From Eledone cirrhosa (taxonomy: Eukaryota), in the NCBI GenBank assembly GCA_964016885.1, contig OZ024740.1, forward strand, positions 409,386,001 to 409,450,000: a DNA stretch of 64,000 nucleotides, read 5' to 3'. Shown one piece after another: positions 28,679 to 42,257 of the stretch. The position numbers were made by a program, and so were the translations under genes. How positions within the stretch are numbered: the first letter of the stretch is position 1; the number at the start of each line of letters is the position of its first letter. The notes beneath the pieces are model-generated. The model saw only the letters and a program-made list of their open reading frames with translations, did no database searches and was not told the DNA's origin.

Positions 28679-29266
28679 TATCTGAGTTTTTCGAATATTA
28701 ACAATTGTTTCTACTTTTGGCACAAGGCCAGCAAATACCCAGTGCATTACTGGTACTTTATTTTATCGACCCCGTAACGATGAAAGGCAAAGTTAATCTC
28801 GGCGGGATTTGAACTCAGTCCGTAAAGGGACGTAACTGTGCTGCAAAGCATGGCGTCCGACCCTCTACCGATACTGCCAATTCACCACAGTTTTCGAATA
28901 TTAATAATTGTTTCTACTTTTGGCACAAGGCCAGCAATTACCCAGTGCATTACTGGTACTTTATTCTATCGACCCCGGAAGGATGAAAGGCAAAGTTAAC
29001 CTCGGCGAATAACATTCGATTCGTTTGCAACTATGCAAAGAAAATATATGCTATTTTCACTAACTCTGACAGTTTGGCAGGTGAACAGTGAGCTGTACAG
29101 ATGAAGGGTGATACCCAGAAACAGTAGTGTCTGCAGTTCTGTTCACATGCCAACACAAGAGCAAGAATGAAGTGTTCATTCTACCGACATGGCTATAAAA
29201 TAGAGGCTTCTTTGCATAATTGCAAACGAATCGAATGTTATTATTAATATTAGAAAAACTCAGATT
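28679..29266 (+). mobile_element. Fold-back element with central hammerhead-like motif (29090-29138), left arm split by SINEs
   Basis: Arms atctgagtttttcgaatattaa..aataacattcgattcgtttgcaactatgcaaagaa versus 29207-29266; gagctgta-CAGATGA-agggtgataccca-GAAA-cagtagtg-TC-tgcagttc. Confidence 0.7.
28705..29007 (-). mobile_element. Two nested Nin-domain SINE insertions (one full, one 5'-truncated)
   Basis: Duplicated flank ttttcgaatattaa(c/t)aat before each copy. Confidence 0.8.
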
Positions 29267-29329
29267 ACATTTATTGTATTCAGCCATGTAGAGCGAAATT
29301 TTCTTTTTTATCAATATATATATATATAT

Positions 29330-29665
29330 ATATGTATGTATATAAGTATGTATGTATACGTACATACATATATGTATACAGACGTACAGTAGTATGTATA
29401 TATATACATACATGCACACATATATATATGTTCGTAGGGGTTTACCGAACATTTATTATAAGGCTCGGTTTGTTCGTTTGTAAACAAACAAACAGCCCGG
29501 ATTACGCCGTACAGTGTTTAGGCAACCATCGTCGCCCATTTGTTCAACACTGACACAGGAACGATGTACTAATTTCAAGCTTATTAGCTATCGTCAGCAC
29601 CGTACATTTAAGTATCAACCGTACTAAGAGTGAGAAATGAAATTTCGTTTCTTTCTTTTCCATTT
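29330..29665 (-). mobile_element. Retrozyme-like monomer with HHR (29561-29603) and short inverted end
   Basis: Minus strand acggtg-CTGACGA-tagctaataagctt-GAAA-ttag-TA-catcgt; homologous to the 35 kb and 56 kb arrays; partial copy at 28450-28560. Confidence 0.8.
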
Positions 29666-29734
29666 ATATATATATATATATATAAAGAATGAATAATAAC
29701 AGGTAGACATCATAAAAAGGTAATTTATTCCGTG

Positions 29735-29846
29735 TGCTTACAAGTGTTTCCACGGTGGTACTGCAGCCTAGTTATGCTACGTGCAAATTCACAAGTACTT
29801 GCAGAACTCAAATATCCAATGCTGTGACCACTGTTTCCTCAGAGCA
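29735..29846 (-). ncRNA. Type I HHR motif with long stem II insertion
   Basis: Minus strand tgct-CTGAGGA-aacagtggt..(about 60 nt)..accaccgtg-GAAA-cacttg-TA-agca, then AATAAA. Confidence 0.65.
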
Positions 29847-29852
29847 GAATAC

Positions 29853-29902
<50 letters not shown>

Positions 29903-29909
<7 letters not shown>

Positions 29910-30200
29910 AAAAAGGGATGAAATCGAAAATGCAACTGAAGTCTTATTTTTTTTAAAAATATATATATTTATTTGGTTCCTTTACCGGTTTGAGAAAAAC
30001 CACAGACCCTCCATCTCAACTCACCTTTTGAAAAGCAGAAGAACTGCGAAACCGGTAAAGGAACCAAATAAATATATATATTTTTAAAAAAAATAAGACT
30101 TCAGTTGCATTTTCGATTTCATCCCTTTTTCTTTATACTTCCACTCGTGTAGGACACCTCGGTTATTTTTCATTTTGTAAAAAAAACCTCACTTTCTAAT
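29903..30200 (+). mobile_element. Solo PLE pLTR fold-back with U3:A8 HHR (30024-30061)
   Basis: About 89-bp perfect inverted arms 29903-29991 / 30049-30137; cctt-TTGAAAA-gcag/aagaa/ctgc-GAAA-ccgg-TA-aagg. Confidence 0.75.
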
Positions 30201-31040
30201 ATATATATATATATATATATTGACATGTACAAAGGCATAAAAGTCCATAGATATACTTTCAGCTTATTCTTATTCTAAAACATGTTATCTCTTATTTAAT
30301 TTCTTAATTAATTCATGTCGCTAACGAATGTACTGATATGAAAATGATTAGATTAGTGCTAGTCATTCATAGAATTATTCAAAGGTAACGGTAACTTTCT
30401 GACTCACACTATAAGGTAAACACTTTTGATATGTTGGTAACATACAGTGAAATTAGTCGAACTTGTTCTTTGTTATGGACTGTAGAGAGATAGAACACTT
30501 GTTTAAACGTGGTGTTTATTTACACCTCCTTTCTCCTTTTTCCTCTTGCTCCCTATAGAACATTAGGTGACGAGATACCTACACCTATCCTACCCACCCA
30601 CTATCGCAAGACCTTTCGCAAGCCTGCTCCCGAGAAAGCCCCATATCGTCCAGGTCCTCCTCGAGTGACTCTTATACTGCCTGTCTTATTTCCACCAGAG
30701 ATAATATCTTACTAACTTCTCCGTTGGCATGCGTAGTATGTGGCCAACAATGTTCTGCTGACATAGGGGATGGTATTTTATAGGTTGCTCAGCCCGACCC
30801 TTTCCATGACCACTTCATTCATGATATGGTCATGCCAAGAATGATCCTGAGGCAATGTCGGTGGAAGATGTCTGCATTTCTATAGAGACTATTGATGTAT
30901 ACAGAGGGAGTTTTGTGACTTGACTAATGGAAGGGTTGGTCGGGAGTTCCAGCAACCCCTTGTGATTTATTGACACAATACAGCTAAATGTATGTTTTAG
31001 TCAATCTATGAATGTAAATATATATATATATCTATGAATG

Positions 31041-31096
<56 letters not shown>

Positions 31097-31101
<5 letters not shown>

Positions 31102-34100
31102 TAAAATAACAGATTAAAGTTTAAGCAAAGAATCGCTGCTTTCACCCTTAACAGGATCTTCTGAAACTAACAAAGTCAATCTGTAAACGCAGAAGTGGAT
31201 ATTTCAAAAAACGTTGCAACCGGAGGAAGACAGGGAGACGATACTTTGGTTCGTGGAAACGTTCCCTGGCAAAGAACGGGAAAAAAACGAATATAAAACG
31301 AAAATAATACGTCATTAATAGGAGCGGTGAAAAACAATTACGCGCAAAGAGAACCACGTTTATGGTATAAAAGAGGTCGTAGACTAATGTTCTCTTAGGT
31401 GGTTCATAGAGACGTTCTCTGGCAATGAACGAAAATAACGAAGATAATACATCATATGTGGAGCGTGGAGAACAATTGCACGCAAAGACAAAACCACGTA
31501 TATGGTATAGCAGAAGTCGTAGACTAAAATTCTAACTAGGAGACCGAATGAATCTCCGCTTCAGAGTTAAGAACAAAGTAAATAAATACAATACAGAAGT
31601 AATAGAAATTAAATAAATACATACACGCATACAAATACGTACATACACAAGCATACGCAAAAACTTACCATAGGTATACAAAACCCCGCACATATAAATA
31701 TGTGGGTGTGTGTATGCGTGTATACAAATAAATAAATAATTAAATACACGTATATAAATAAATAAATACGTATATAACAAGCGCACACACATACATACAT
31801 GTAAATACACAAATGTTCGGAGACGTAAGCAAAAAAAAATATGAAGTACACTTATACACACACCCTACATACGTACGAACCTGCATACTCACACAGACGC
31901 AAAACTCCCGTATACACATAACCAAACCATATGTACCAGAATATATAAAATTATACGCCATAACATATACAATCAAATATACGTACGAGAAGGTATACGT
32001 ATCTTCACAAAACATACAGGTAATATATACTTACCTATGCAAATAAGTAATGGTATAAACAAAACATATACTTAGCTACCACATCAAGACGTAAAATATC
32101 CACGTTAGGGTATAACGTGGGGCTGTAATACAGGAAAGTTTTGTGCAATTTAGGTTTACAAGCCGAAATTGCCTCAGATTTTTTGTTTAAGATGTGGTCT
32201 CCTTTGGGAGCCCCTACATGGACACACTAGAAGTGGAAGACCAAGGTTAACGTATGTTGATGCCCTAAGGACAGACACTGGTCTGTTGGAGACGCAGGAC
32301 ATGGCAGCGATAATGAGGGACAGAGACCGCTGGAGAGAACTCGTCCATAGATCTCGGGAATTTTACCCGCCTTAGATAGATAGATAGATGTGGTCTGTGG
32401 CGTAGAGTATTTCCAGGGCCTCAGCGGCGCAGAGGTCACATGGTCTTTTATTTCCGTTATACGATCTAGCCCTAGCTAGGATCTCCCAGTGTAACTTATA
32501 TTGGGTGTGGTTGTCTTTTAGACTCCAGATATAAGCTGAAAGTGACGTCATATTCCTTCTTAGAGGGTAACGAAAAGAATGGGTATGCATGTAAAGACGC
32601 TGCTTGAATCTATTGGCGGTTAACCCTATGTAGGTCCTACGAGACGTGGGTGTTTCAACCTTACATTTGTAGACAATGTTACTAGAGAGGCATTTCCTGG
32701 ATAGGGGGCAATCAACCCGATTCCTACAATTACAGTTAGTACTAACTACAGGGTTGCACGTGTTCCTACGGCTAGGTAGTTTAGCTAAATTTGAAGCTGT
32801 GATGTTATGTGCAAGGTTAGGAGTCGTAGAGTAAGAAGTTTTAATAGTATTACTATTACAAATTTTACTATATTTATGTGTAGGGGGAAAATGCTTCGTA
32901 ATAAGGGAAAGAAAGATCTTAGCTAATGGTGTGGCCACCTCCATATTATATGGTGGGTTATACCAACAAATGCGACGGGATCTATTTCTTCTAGGTCTAT
33001 TCTCGTACTCTGTATATGCTACCTTATCGACAAATCCACTCCGAGCAAGAGCTTCAGTGTGATAAGTGGAATGGTCGTTGAAAATATGCTCGTTAGTAGA
33101 TAGACGGGAAAGCCTCAACGAAACGTTTCTTACCAGGTTCTTGGTTATGCTGGCAGGATGGTTGGAATGCTTACTTATGTAATTAAGCGTATCATTCGGC
33201 TTTCTATACGGGTAATACAAGCCATTCGATAAATTGAGGGTAACGTCGAGGTAATTAACGACCGAGAGATTGGCTTCAAGCTGTATAGAGAGGTTGAAGC
33301 CTTTAAAGAAGGCTGTGAGTTCTTTTCTGAACCTGTCGCAAGCACGAGGTCCGCACTTAGTCATGGTCAAAAGACCATCATCACGGTACAAACCACCGCC
33401 CGCGTTGGGGAATTCGTCCTTGATAGAGAAAAGAAGGAAAAGGCCGATAAGATCAGTAACCTCCGCAGAATCACTGGCGCCCATACTCACGTCGAATGGG
33501 GTACTATTGGATTTGTTAATTCAAATAGAGTCGTCGAAATTAATCACCGACTTACGGGCATTGAGGATGACATCAACTTCGAAATCCTTAACCACTGTGA
33601 GTGTTTTAGCGAAATTGAAAGCTCTAAGGAGAAGTGGTAAAGTGATGGAGGAGTAGTAATTGTTGATGTCGAATTGGATAAAACGGCAATGTTCCTTGTT
33701 ACATATGCCGTTGAATCAATCAATCACCGCGAAAGAATTGTTCCACAGTGCAAGAGGGGCCAAACTTCTAATTTCAGGTATAATTCTATCAAGAATCGTT
33801 TTACTAAGTCTACCTAAATCGGACTTCGTAGGGTTAATAAGCCGAATAGAGGGGTTGTTCGGAAAATTGGATTTGTGATCCTTCAGGATAAAGTGGGGAG
33901 AAATAGAGTCCAGAGGTCCGGTCCGGTCCAGGATGTTGAGATCAGAGGTGATTTTAAACCCAGCATCGTTGATTTCATTGATGACGCACCGATTAGTTTT
34001 ACGGTAATCCTTAGTTACAGCATTATGTAGTAGTTGATGGTAAGTACTGCGCTCCACTTGATATAGGTTGCCAGTTTTGTCGGAATGGAGTGCACGGCAT

Positions 34101-34730
34101 TAGAATCCTTAATAGAACGAATTCTATTCTTCAGGTCCCGCTGGAAGGAATTGCTCCTATTCCGAAATTTGATACTCCGTATGAGTTCCAAGACATCATT
34201 TTCGAAGGGTAGCAATGCTGAGTTACACGGAGGGTTATTATAGGTTTTAAACCCAAATTTATCCTATTTATTGTCCGATTTTTCCTGATTATCGAAATAA
34301 AAGGCACGCCAACGCAACCTTTTAATGAACGCGTCTGTTTTCTGTATCAGGAGTTTTAGGTATGTTTTCCTGCTTGGTACGGCTATGTTCTTTGTAGAAA
34401 TATTCAGATGTTGTTTCTGCATGATGAATATAGGTCAATAGAGTGCTCAACCGAGGGAGCCAAATAGTAATAATAATAAATTTGAAGACTAAAATCAAAA
34501 GAGGGCTCGATAAGGATAAATATATATCAAATATATAAGAACCGTAGAGCAAATATTTATTAATATTTATTTAATAAATATTTGAATAAATATTTTAATA
34601 AATATTTTAATAAATATTTAATAAATATTTTAATAAATATTTGCTCTACAGTTCTTATATATTTGATATATATTTATCCTTATCGAGCTCTCTTTGGATT
34701 TTAGTCTTCAAATTTATTATTATTACTATA
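31097..34730 (-). mobile_element. Near full-length Naiad-type Penelope-like element with inverted pLTR tail at its 5' end
   Basis: ORF from ATG at 34422 (STKNIAVP, RLRWRAF, FGFK, DKT, LYRDDGL, CNCR..CPL..C, GIY-YIG, CDLC) with stops and frameshifts; inverted repeat 34462-34560 / 34630-34730; both ends in (TA)n. Confidence 0.9.
32201..32385 (+). mobile_element. 5'-truncated RTE LINE 3' end with (GATA)n tail nested in the Naiad ORF
   Basis: [21 protein letters not shown]; 11-bp TSD agatgtggtct (32190-32200, 32386-32396); empty site visible in the sister copy near 6800. Confidence 0.9.
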
Positions 34731-34740
34731 TATATATATA

Positions 34741-35620
34741 TACGGAAAAAATGAAACGAAATTTCATTTCCCACTCTTAGTACGGCTGTTACTTAAATAT
34801 AAGTATGTATACGTACATGCATATATGTATACAGACGTACGTTAGTATGTATATATATATACATACATGCACATATATATATATATATATATGTACGTAT
34901 GGATTCACCGAACATTTATTATAATGCTCGGTGTGTTTGTAAACAAACATCCCGTATTAAGCCGTAGTGTCTAGCAACCATCGTTGCTCGTTTGTTCAAC
35001 ACTGACAAAGGAACGCTGTACTAGTTTCAAGCTTATTAGCTATCGTCAGCAACGTATACCTTCCTGCCAGATGATTGAACGTCTGGATGTATATACTTTC
35101 CTTATGCATATTAACGGCTGAGCAGTCTAATTTGCATATCGATTGGGTTAATCGGCCGGGTGAACCGAAAACGATAAACGGAAAAAATGAAACGAAATTT
35201 CATTTCCCACTCTTACTCCGGCTGTTACTTAAATATAAGTATCTATACGTACATAGATATATGTGTACAGACGTACAGTAGTATGTATATATATATATAC
35301 ATACATGCACACATATATATGTACGTATGGATTCACCGAACATTTATTATAATGCTCGGTGTGTTTGTAAACAAACATCCTGTATTAAGCCGTAGTGTCT
35401 AGCAACCATCGCTGCTCGTTTGTTCAACACTGACAACGGAACGCTGTACTAGTTTCAAGCTTATTAGCTATCGTCAGCAACGTATACCTTCCTGCCAGAT
35501 GATTGAACGTCTGAAAGTATATACTTTCCTTATGCATATTAACGGCTGAGCAGCCCAATTTAGATATCGAGTGGATTAATAAATGTTCGGTGAATACATA
35601 CGTACATATATATATGTGTC
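34741..35620 (-). mobile_element. Retrozyme-like tandem dimer (about 428-bp spacing); HHRs at 35013-35055 and 35441-35483
   Basis: Minus strand acgttg-CTGACGA-tagctaataagctt-GAAA-ctag-TA-cagcgt in both units; ATTTGCAT at 35130-35137; short inverted segment at about 35580-35620. Confidence 0.85.
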
Positions 35621-36167
35621 TATTTTTTATCTATTTTTTATCTATTTCTTATCTATTTTTTATCTATTTTTTATCTATTTTTTTATCTATTTCTTATCTA
35701 TTTTTTATCTACCTCTTATCTATTTATTATCTATCTCTATCTCTTAACTTGTGCCCATCCGTCTATGATATGTTATTTGTATTAGTGTATACTGTATGTG
35801 TTGCATATGGGTGCTTGTGTGTAGGTGCATGCGGGTGCTCATGCTTATGCGTATACTTGTATGTAGCTGTATGTTAACGGAACCCTGCCCAACTGTGAGT
35901 GATAACATTTCTTATTTTTCATTTTTATTTTTATTTTTATTTTTATTTTTATTTTTATTTTTATTTTTATTTTTATTTTTATTTTCATTTTTATTTTTAT
36001 TTTTATTTTTATTTTTATTTTTATTTTTATTTTTATTTTTATTTTACTCTTTTCTTATTTTACTCCTTTTATTTTACTCTTTAAACTCCTCCCAACTTAT
36101 GGTATCCCCACATATATTCTTCTGTTTTGGCTTTGTCAATGCTTGTATACTATGTATTTACTCTTTA

Positions 36168-36213
36168 TGCTCTGAAGAGTCCCACTTCTAGTGTGGACGA
36201 AACACTGTTAGCA
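36168..36213 (+). ncRNA. Minimal type I HHR in a solo pLTR-like segment
   Basis: tgct-CTGAAGA-gtcccac/ttcta/gtgtggac-GAAA-cactg-TT-agca-attaaa. Confidence 0.75.
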
Positions 36214-36333
36214 ATTAAAGATATACCTATGTTCTAAGCGCTCTTTGTTGTTAATTGTATATATATGTGTGCATGTATGTATATATACATACTACTGTAC
36301 GTCTGTATACATATATGTATGTACGTATACATA

Positions 36334-36407
<74 letters not shown>

Positions 36408-36556
36408 TTTTTTTTAGGTTTGTTGGTTCACAACTGGATAGAACTGGTTATTCCGTATGGTCAACCTCGATGTAATATTATGGAGAGCACTCAACGTAAT
36501 GCAACTCACCCGTCTTCGTTTGTGTAGTTGGTGGTGCGAGTACGGAGTTAATTATT

Positions 36557-38165
36557 ATAAAATAACAGGAGGCTGGACTGGTGTAAATCCTTTTTATTTA
36601 TGTATTTTTCTTTTTATTTATGTATTTTGCTTATTATTTCTTTTATTTATGTATTTATTTACTCGCTTTACTCTCATTATATACTTATCATTGTGCTCAT
36701 TAGCACCCGACCCTAAAATATTACTCTCTGTACCCTTATATCTGTTTATCTTTATTCACTCCCCCTACCCACCCAAGAACCACACTACATATAACCGGTT
36801 TCAACCTCACATCGTATCTTTTTACCGCTTTCAACCTCACATCACGGGTATGAATAAATAATTGTTTCTACTTTAGGCACAAGGCCAGCAAATACCCAGT
36901 GCATTACTGGTACTTTATTTTATCGACCCCGTAAGGATGAAAGGCAAAATTAACGTCGGCGGGATTTGAACTCAGTCCGTAAAGGGACGTAACTATGCTG
37001 CAAAGCATGGCGTCCGACCCTCTACCGATACTGCCAATCCACCGGGTATGAATAAATAATAATCGTTTGGTAACATGCGATGATCCGACGGAGGTGGCGG
37101 CTTCCCGACTGCACGCCAGGCGCTCGAGTAGATCAGCCTTCCTTGAGTGCGTGGAAAAATAAATTTCCCCTTCTTTCGGTAAACAAAATTACTCGGAACG
37201 GCTGCTTCGCCCTGGGGCCCTGTCAGACTTGGAACCCGCCGCGCCACCGGCTTTGACCGCCAGATACTACCTTTAAATTCTAAGCTTAATCATAACTATT
37301 AGCTGTATCATGCTTCCTTCTACTAGCACTTAACTAAATCCCCCTCCTGTGTGAATTACTAGTAATCGTTTGGTATATACGATGGCCAGCCGGCGGTGGC
37401 GGACTTCCCGCTAACACACCCGACGCCTCAGACAGTTACATTCCTGGAGTGCTCGGAAAAATTAATTTCCATTTCTTTCGCTAGACGATATTGCTCGGTA
37501 CGGTTGGCACGTAGTTAGGGGGTGGAGGGGTGGCTGGCCGGGGGTATGCAGTCGCCGCTGGTTATTGACTGCTAAGCAAGGGCTTAATCTTTACTCTATA
37601 TCCTACCCTGAAAACTTATCGTGACTATCTATAATACACTTAAACCTTTTCATAAAAGACTCTTTCTGTAAATTCTTTAACTAAATCTCACAACCCAAAC
37701 CTTAAACCTTATTTTTCTAATTTCATCCTATAACTCTAAACAGAAGTTTAACGTTTCTAATTGTTAACCGAATTTTCTGTCCACACATTATACCATACAG
37801 TCGCCCACTATATATGTCTTTGTTAAAGATATATGTCCTTTGAAAAAACATTTTTCGCGGCACTTTCTAGCATACATAATCAGCCTGATTGAGGCATGAC
37901 CTCAACACTGACATTTCTCTTTGACGGGGAGGTAGTAGCACATTATAAGCTTACGCCCCCTCATCAGATGGTCATAAGTAGACTTAATAATCAACACTCG
38001 AGGGCGGCCGACTGAGGTAGAAGCTGCTAAATGGACGGGCGTCCTTTGTTATATTTTGAATACCTGATGATGTCACCGGATTCATACTGAACCCGGTCAT
38101 TGAAATGATCATAGTTTAATAAACCTTTCAAGGATTTACACCAGTCCAGCCTCCTGGTATTTTAT
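36557..38165 (+). mobile_element. Non-coding PLE-type element: 36-bp inverted ends, 3' HHR (about 38060-38116), two diverged internal GC-rich modules
   Basis: 36557-36592 is the reverse complement of 38130-38165; CTGATGA(38064)-..accgg..ccggt..-GAAA-tgatca-TA; modules 37060-37265 and 37363-37572. Confidence 0.65.
36863..37042 (-). mobile_element. Nin-domain SINE with 18-bp TSD
   Basis: cgggtatgaataaataat at 36845-36862 and 37043-37060. Confidence 0.9.
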
Positions 38166-38167
38166 TT

Positions 38168-38200
<33 letters not shown>

Positions 38201-38452
38201 GGTGGAGAATTAAATCCGCACACATATATATATACTTACATTAATATACAAAAATTAGTCGGTGCATACATATACAAAAAGCCAACGTCCTAAGATTGTG
38301 GTTATGGATTTAGAAAATGTATTGTTCCAAGCGAGTTGTAGAAGAAACATTAGAAAATACGGATGTCAGAATGTGTTATGGACTGGATACCATTATGAGG
38401 GGGGATTTGCCTCTTGAAGCTTAGGCTGAAAGATAGGTCTCGCCATATACCC

Positions 38453-38529
<77 letters not shown>

Positions 38530-38849
38530 CGCGCGGCGGGGGGGGGGGGGGGGCTTTTGTGTGTGTGAATTACGCTAGAGATTCGTGATATGAACAAAGG
38601 AAAGATTACTCAATACGAGCAGTAGAGAACAATTATATGTGTGTGTATGTATGTGTTTATATATATATATATAGCGGCGATGAATTAGTTTAGCGAGGTT
38701 TTTTATATGAAATCGTGTGTCGAAACAGATATTGTTATATTTGGGGAGGGTCATATTTGCGTAATATTGCCAGAATTAATAACAGAACACACTCACTGTT
38801 TGGTTGGTTTTCGCTTCTCGCTGTCTTTTATATATATATATCTGCGATC

Positions 38850-41440
38850 TAACTTACTCGGTCCTCAATGTTGCCATTGACTGACCGGCGGTCAAAAATA
38901 ATACAGATACAATATAGACACAAACACATATATATAGTTTACATAATTTACATAAATCTTTCGTTGCACATCTGCAACATCGTCAGTGGTGTTATATTCA
39001 TTGTTCCTCCTGTTGTGTTGTATGTCTACGCCATTTTTTATTCAGTCTGTCTATATATTTATTTATTTATTTGCTTGTTTGTTTATCTTATTTTATTTTG
39101 TCTTCTTTGCGCATGCGTTTGCGTGTGTGTATAGTGTTATGTGTGCTGTGTGACTAGTGTGTATAGTGTTGTGTCTGCTGGGTGACTAGTGTGTGTTTAT
39201 GTGCTTGTTGTTATTGTGCTTGTGTATGTATTTATTTATCTTATTTTATTTTATTTTATTTACTTATTTATACTTCTCTTAGGTCAGTGTTGTTTGTTTG
39301 GGTGTTGTTGTTGTTCCACTCATTCTTTCTGTTTAGCTTTGGTCTTCTAATTTCTATTTCACTGGCCTCTCTGATTTGCCTATCTGCTGGGTCATTCCTA
39401 TGTTTAGATATTATTCTAATTTCTCTGTTGTCTATGTTACCGTCATGTTGTTGTCTAGCATGTTCGTATAGTACTGACCCGTTTTTTCGTCCTTTTAGTT
39501 CCCCCCAGTGTTGGTCTATCCTTTCACCTATGCTACGAGCTGTCTCACCTATGTATGTTGTTGTCATGTTTCTGCAAGTACCCTCTGTACATCTTATGCT
39601 ATAGACTACGTTTCTAGTTTTACAGTTTATCCGGGGGTTCACCTTACATATGATACATTTCCTATTGGTACAGTGGGTTTTCTTAAAAGGGTAGGTTTTG
39701 CTGATCAGGGATTTTATGGTGGTTCCTGGCTTTTCTACCCCCTTTATTTTTAAGTGGGTCTTTCTCAGGGCCTTTCTACACTGGTTAGCTAATTTCCCTC
39801 CAGGGGTGGCGTCCACAAACATGACACTCTGATATCTCTGGTTGTCGTACCATGATGTGGCCTTCCCTATCTTATGTCTAGCCCTATCTAAGCTATTCCA
39901 TGATTTGCTCCTGTATAGTGGGCAAATTCCTTTCATGTCCAGTTCTATGAGGGTCTTATACTTTTCCATGGCTCCTTCGTATACTCTGACTCTGTCTCTT
40001 TGGTTGTAGCCAGAGAACTGCATGCGGTTGATGAAGTGTTGGATGTGTCCTTCCATTTCTGTTGGGTCGCACATGCTGGACACATTCTTCATCACTCGTA
40101 CCAAATCTGCGATCAGAATATTAAACTTAGCACTACTGGACATTGCTGAGTTTTTGAGTATCAGGTATTTGGAGGCCATGGGTTTAGCATAGTGTGAGTG
40201 GAGAATTTGGGCTCTCTCGTCTATAGTGTTAATCCAGAGTTCTGTGTCTAATACAGGTAGTCTATTGTTAGGATGTTTGGAAGGGAAGTCGATAGTTACA
40301 GTTATACTCTGGTGTATGGAATTAGCTATCTGCTGGATGCTTTCCATCGTGCTACGTTCTAAATCAAACTTGTTAGTGCTCTCTAGTGGGGGTGTTCTTA
40401 TAACTATATTGATATCGTCTACATAACGAGAGTACATGATGAGGTCTATGGAGCTTTCATTAAGGAGATCTTTAAGTCTCCTTTACCACCATACCATGAA
40501 AAGGTTGGCAACATCACCAGCTATGCTGACGCCGATGGCTGCTCCCTCATTTTGGGTGTAGATTTTCTCATTGAACTTAAATATGTGGCCCTTTAGGGTA
40601 GTTTTGATACTAGCCCCTATTGCATGTGCGACCATTTTTCTTACCTGATCAGTGTTTTGGGGGGTCCGTATAGCTTTGGTCCACCCAATCCACCTTCCTA
40701 TGGGAGTCTTTTTAGCCATTGAGGTTATGGTGGGGGGTCTACCTCTTATAGGTCTACTAGGGCAGAAACATCTAAGGTCATGGCTGTCTAGGTAGTCAGT
40801 GTCGTAGGTAAGTCTAAGTAGGAGGCCCAGTTCGTCTGTGTCGACGTCGCAGAACTCCACCTCACTCTCAATGATCATCTCCACACATCTTTTCACAGCA
40901 AAATCAATGTTAATGGATGGGTACAGTGACACCACATCCATGCTGCCTATTATGCAGTTGGATAGGCTCCTGTTTTTGTTGCACTCACTGATTCCGCTGA
41001 GGAGGTCCTCTGTACTTTCACATACATCTGGGGACATCTTGATTATGGGGCGTATAACCATTGAGAGGAAGATCCTGTAGTTGCTAGCTATATTAGCTCC
41101 GCATACGGGTCTTGTTGGTGGTCCTGTTGTCGGGTCGTCGACTGTCTTGTGGTCTTTGCGGAGCCCATACAAGGGTGGTATGCCATTGTTAGACGCCTGG
41201 AAGTTGTTGGCAGTGCGTCTGCTTGGCTTTAGGATGTCAGTCCACATCATCATGTGAGCGTTGAGGATTTTTTCTCTCCCATCGTGTGTTAGTTGTGCAA
41301 CTTCGCTCGTGTTGGTGATGTGGGGTTGCATTGCCTCGATGTAGTTCGGCATGCTATCTATTGACATCCTACCAGACTTATCTGTGGGTAGACACACTAC
41401 CTCACCATCCCTTGTGCGCTGCCTGAGGCTAACCAAGCCT
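38850..41440 (-). mobile_element. Penelope-like element of another lineage (RT + GIY-YIG, one frameshift), 5'-truncated; pLTR HHR at 38950-38990
   Basis: PTDKSGR, GSMDVVSLYPS, QNEGAAIG, RYVDD, CTNRKCIIC linker, VVY..YIGET; minus strand CTGACGA-tgttgca/gatg/tgcaac-GAAA-gatt-TA. Confidence 0.9.
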
Positions 41441-41444
41441 TCTT

Positions 41445-42257
41445 CTTTTTATCTGAGTGTCCCGAATCTTCCGGATCGCAAATTTTCGATCGTACGGTTG
41501 ATTATAGACTTGTTCTGTGTGTGACCGTATTTTAACGATAGTTATTGCTCTGATTTATCTAAATTATGGAGCACTCTGCCGCTCATATCGAATTTTGTTT
41601 ATCGTGAACTCGTGCGCCGATTTTTCGATACTCGATTATTCTACTATATTTAGCTCTAGACCTAGCTATTGACCAGTTAATTTTATTGTTCATATTTTGT
41701 CGATTCTATTAAATGATGAATAGCTCCTGTTTATTTTAACATGTCTATTGAGCACTCTTATTCGATATGTGTATTTCCACATTTTCCCGAATATTTTTCG
41801 CGGATGTAGAGGTTATCTCCCTTGCCGAATTCCATGTGCGTATTTAGCTTGGGTTATGCCATTTCATTCGTTTGGACAAAGCTCGTTGAAGAAGTAAATT
41901 TTCCTGTCCACTGATATCTAGAAGTCTTATATATTTTTATGTGAGCTGATAGAGAACAGTTTAAGGATTTACAGAAACCCAAGAAGCTAGATTTAACATC
42001 TTCCTAGCGGGTCCGGGTATGCTTTTTACATTCATTTAATTTATTGATTTATTGAGATTTTTTATCTGAGTGTCCCGAATCTTCCGGATTGCAAATTTTC
42101 GATCGTACGGTTGATTATAGACTTGTTCTGTGTGTGACGGTATTTTAACGATAGTTATTGCTCTGATTTATCTAAATTATGGAGCACTCTGCCGCTCATA
42201 TCGAATTTTGTTTATCGTGAACTCGTGCGCCGATTTTTCGATACTCGATTATTCTAC

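Noticed and set aside
33716-33718. In-frame TGA in the Naiad ORF as possible selenocysteine (reported in some Naiads)
   Set aside because: It falls at a probable Trp position (VID-W-FN), the conserved Cys codons are normal, and the ORF has other stops and frameshifts
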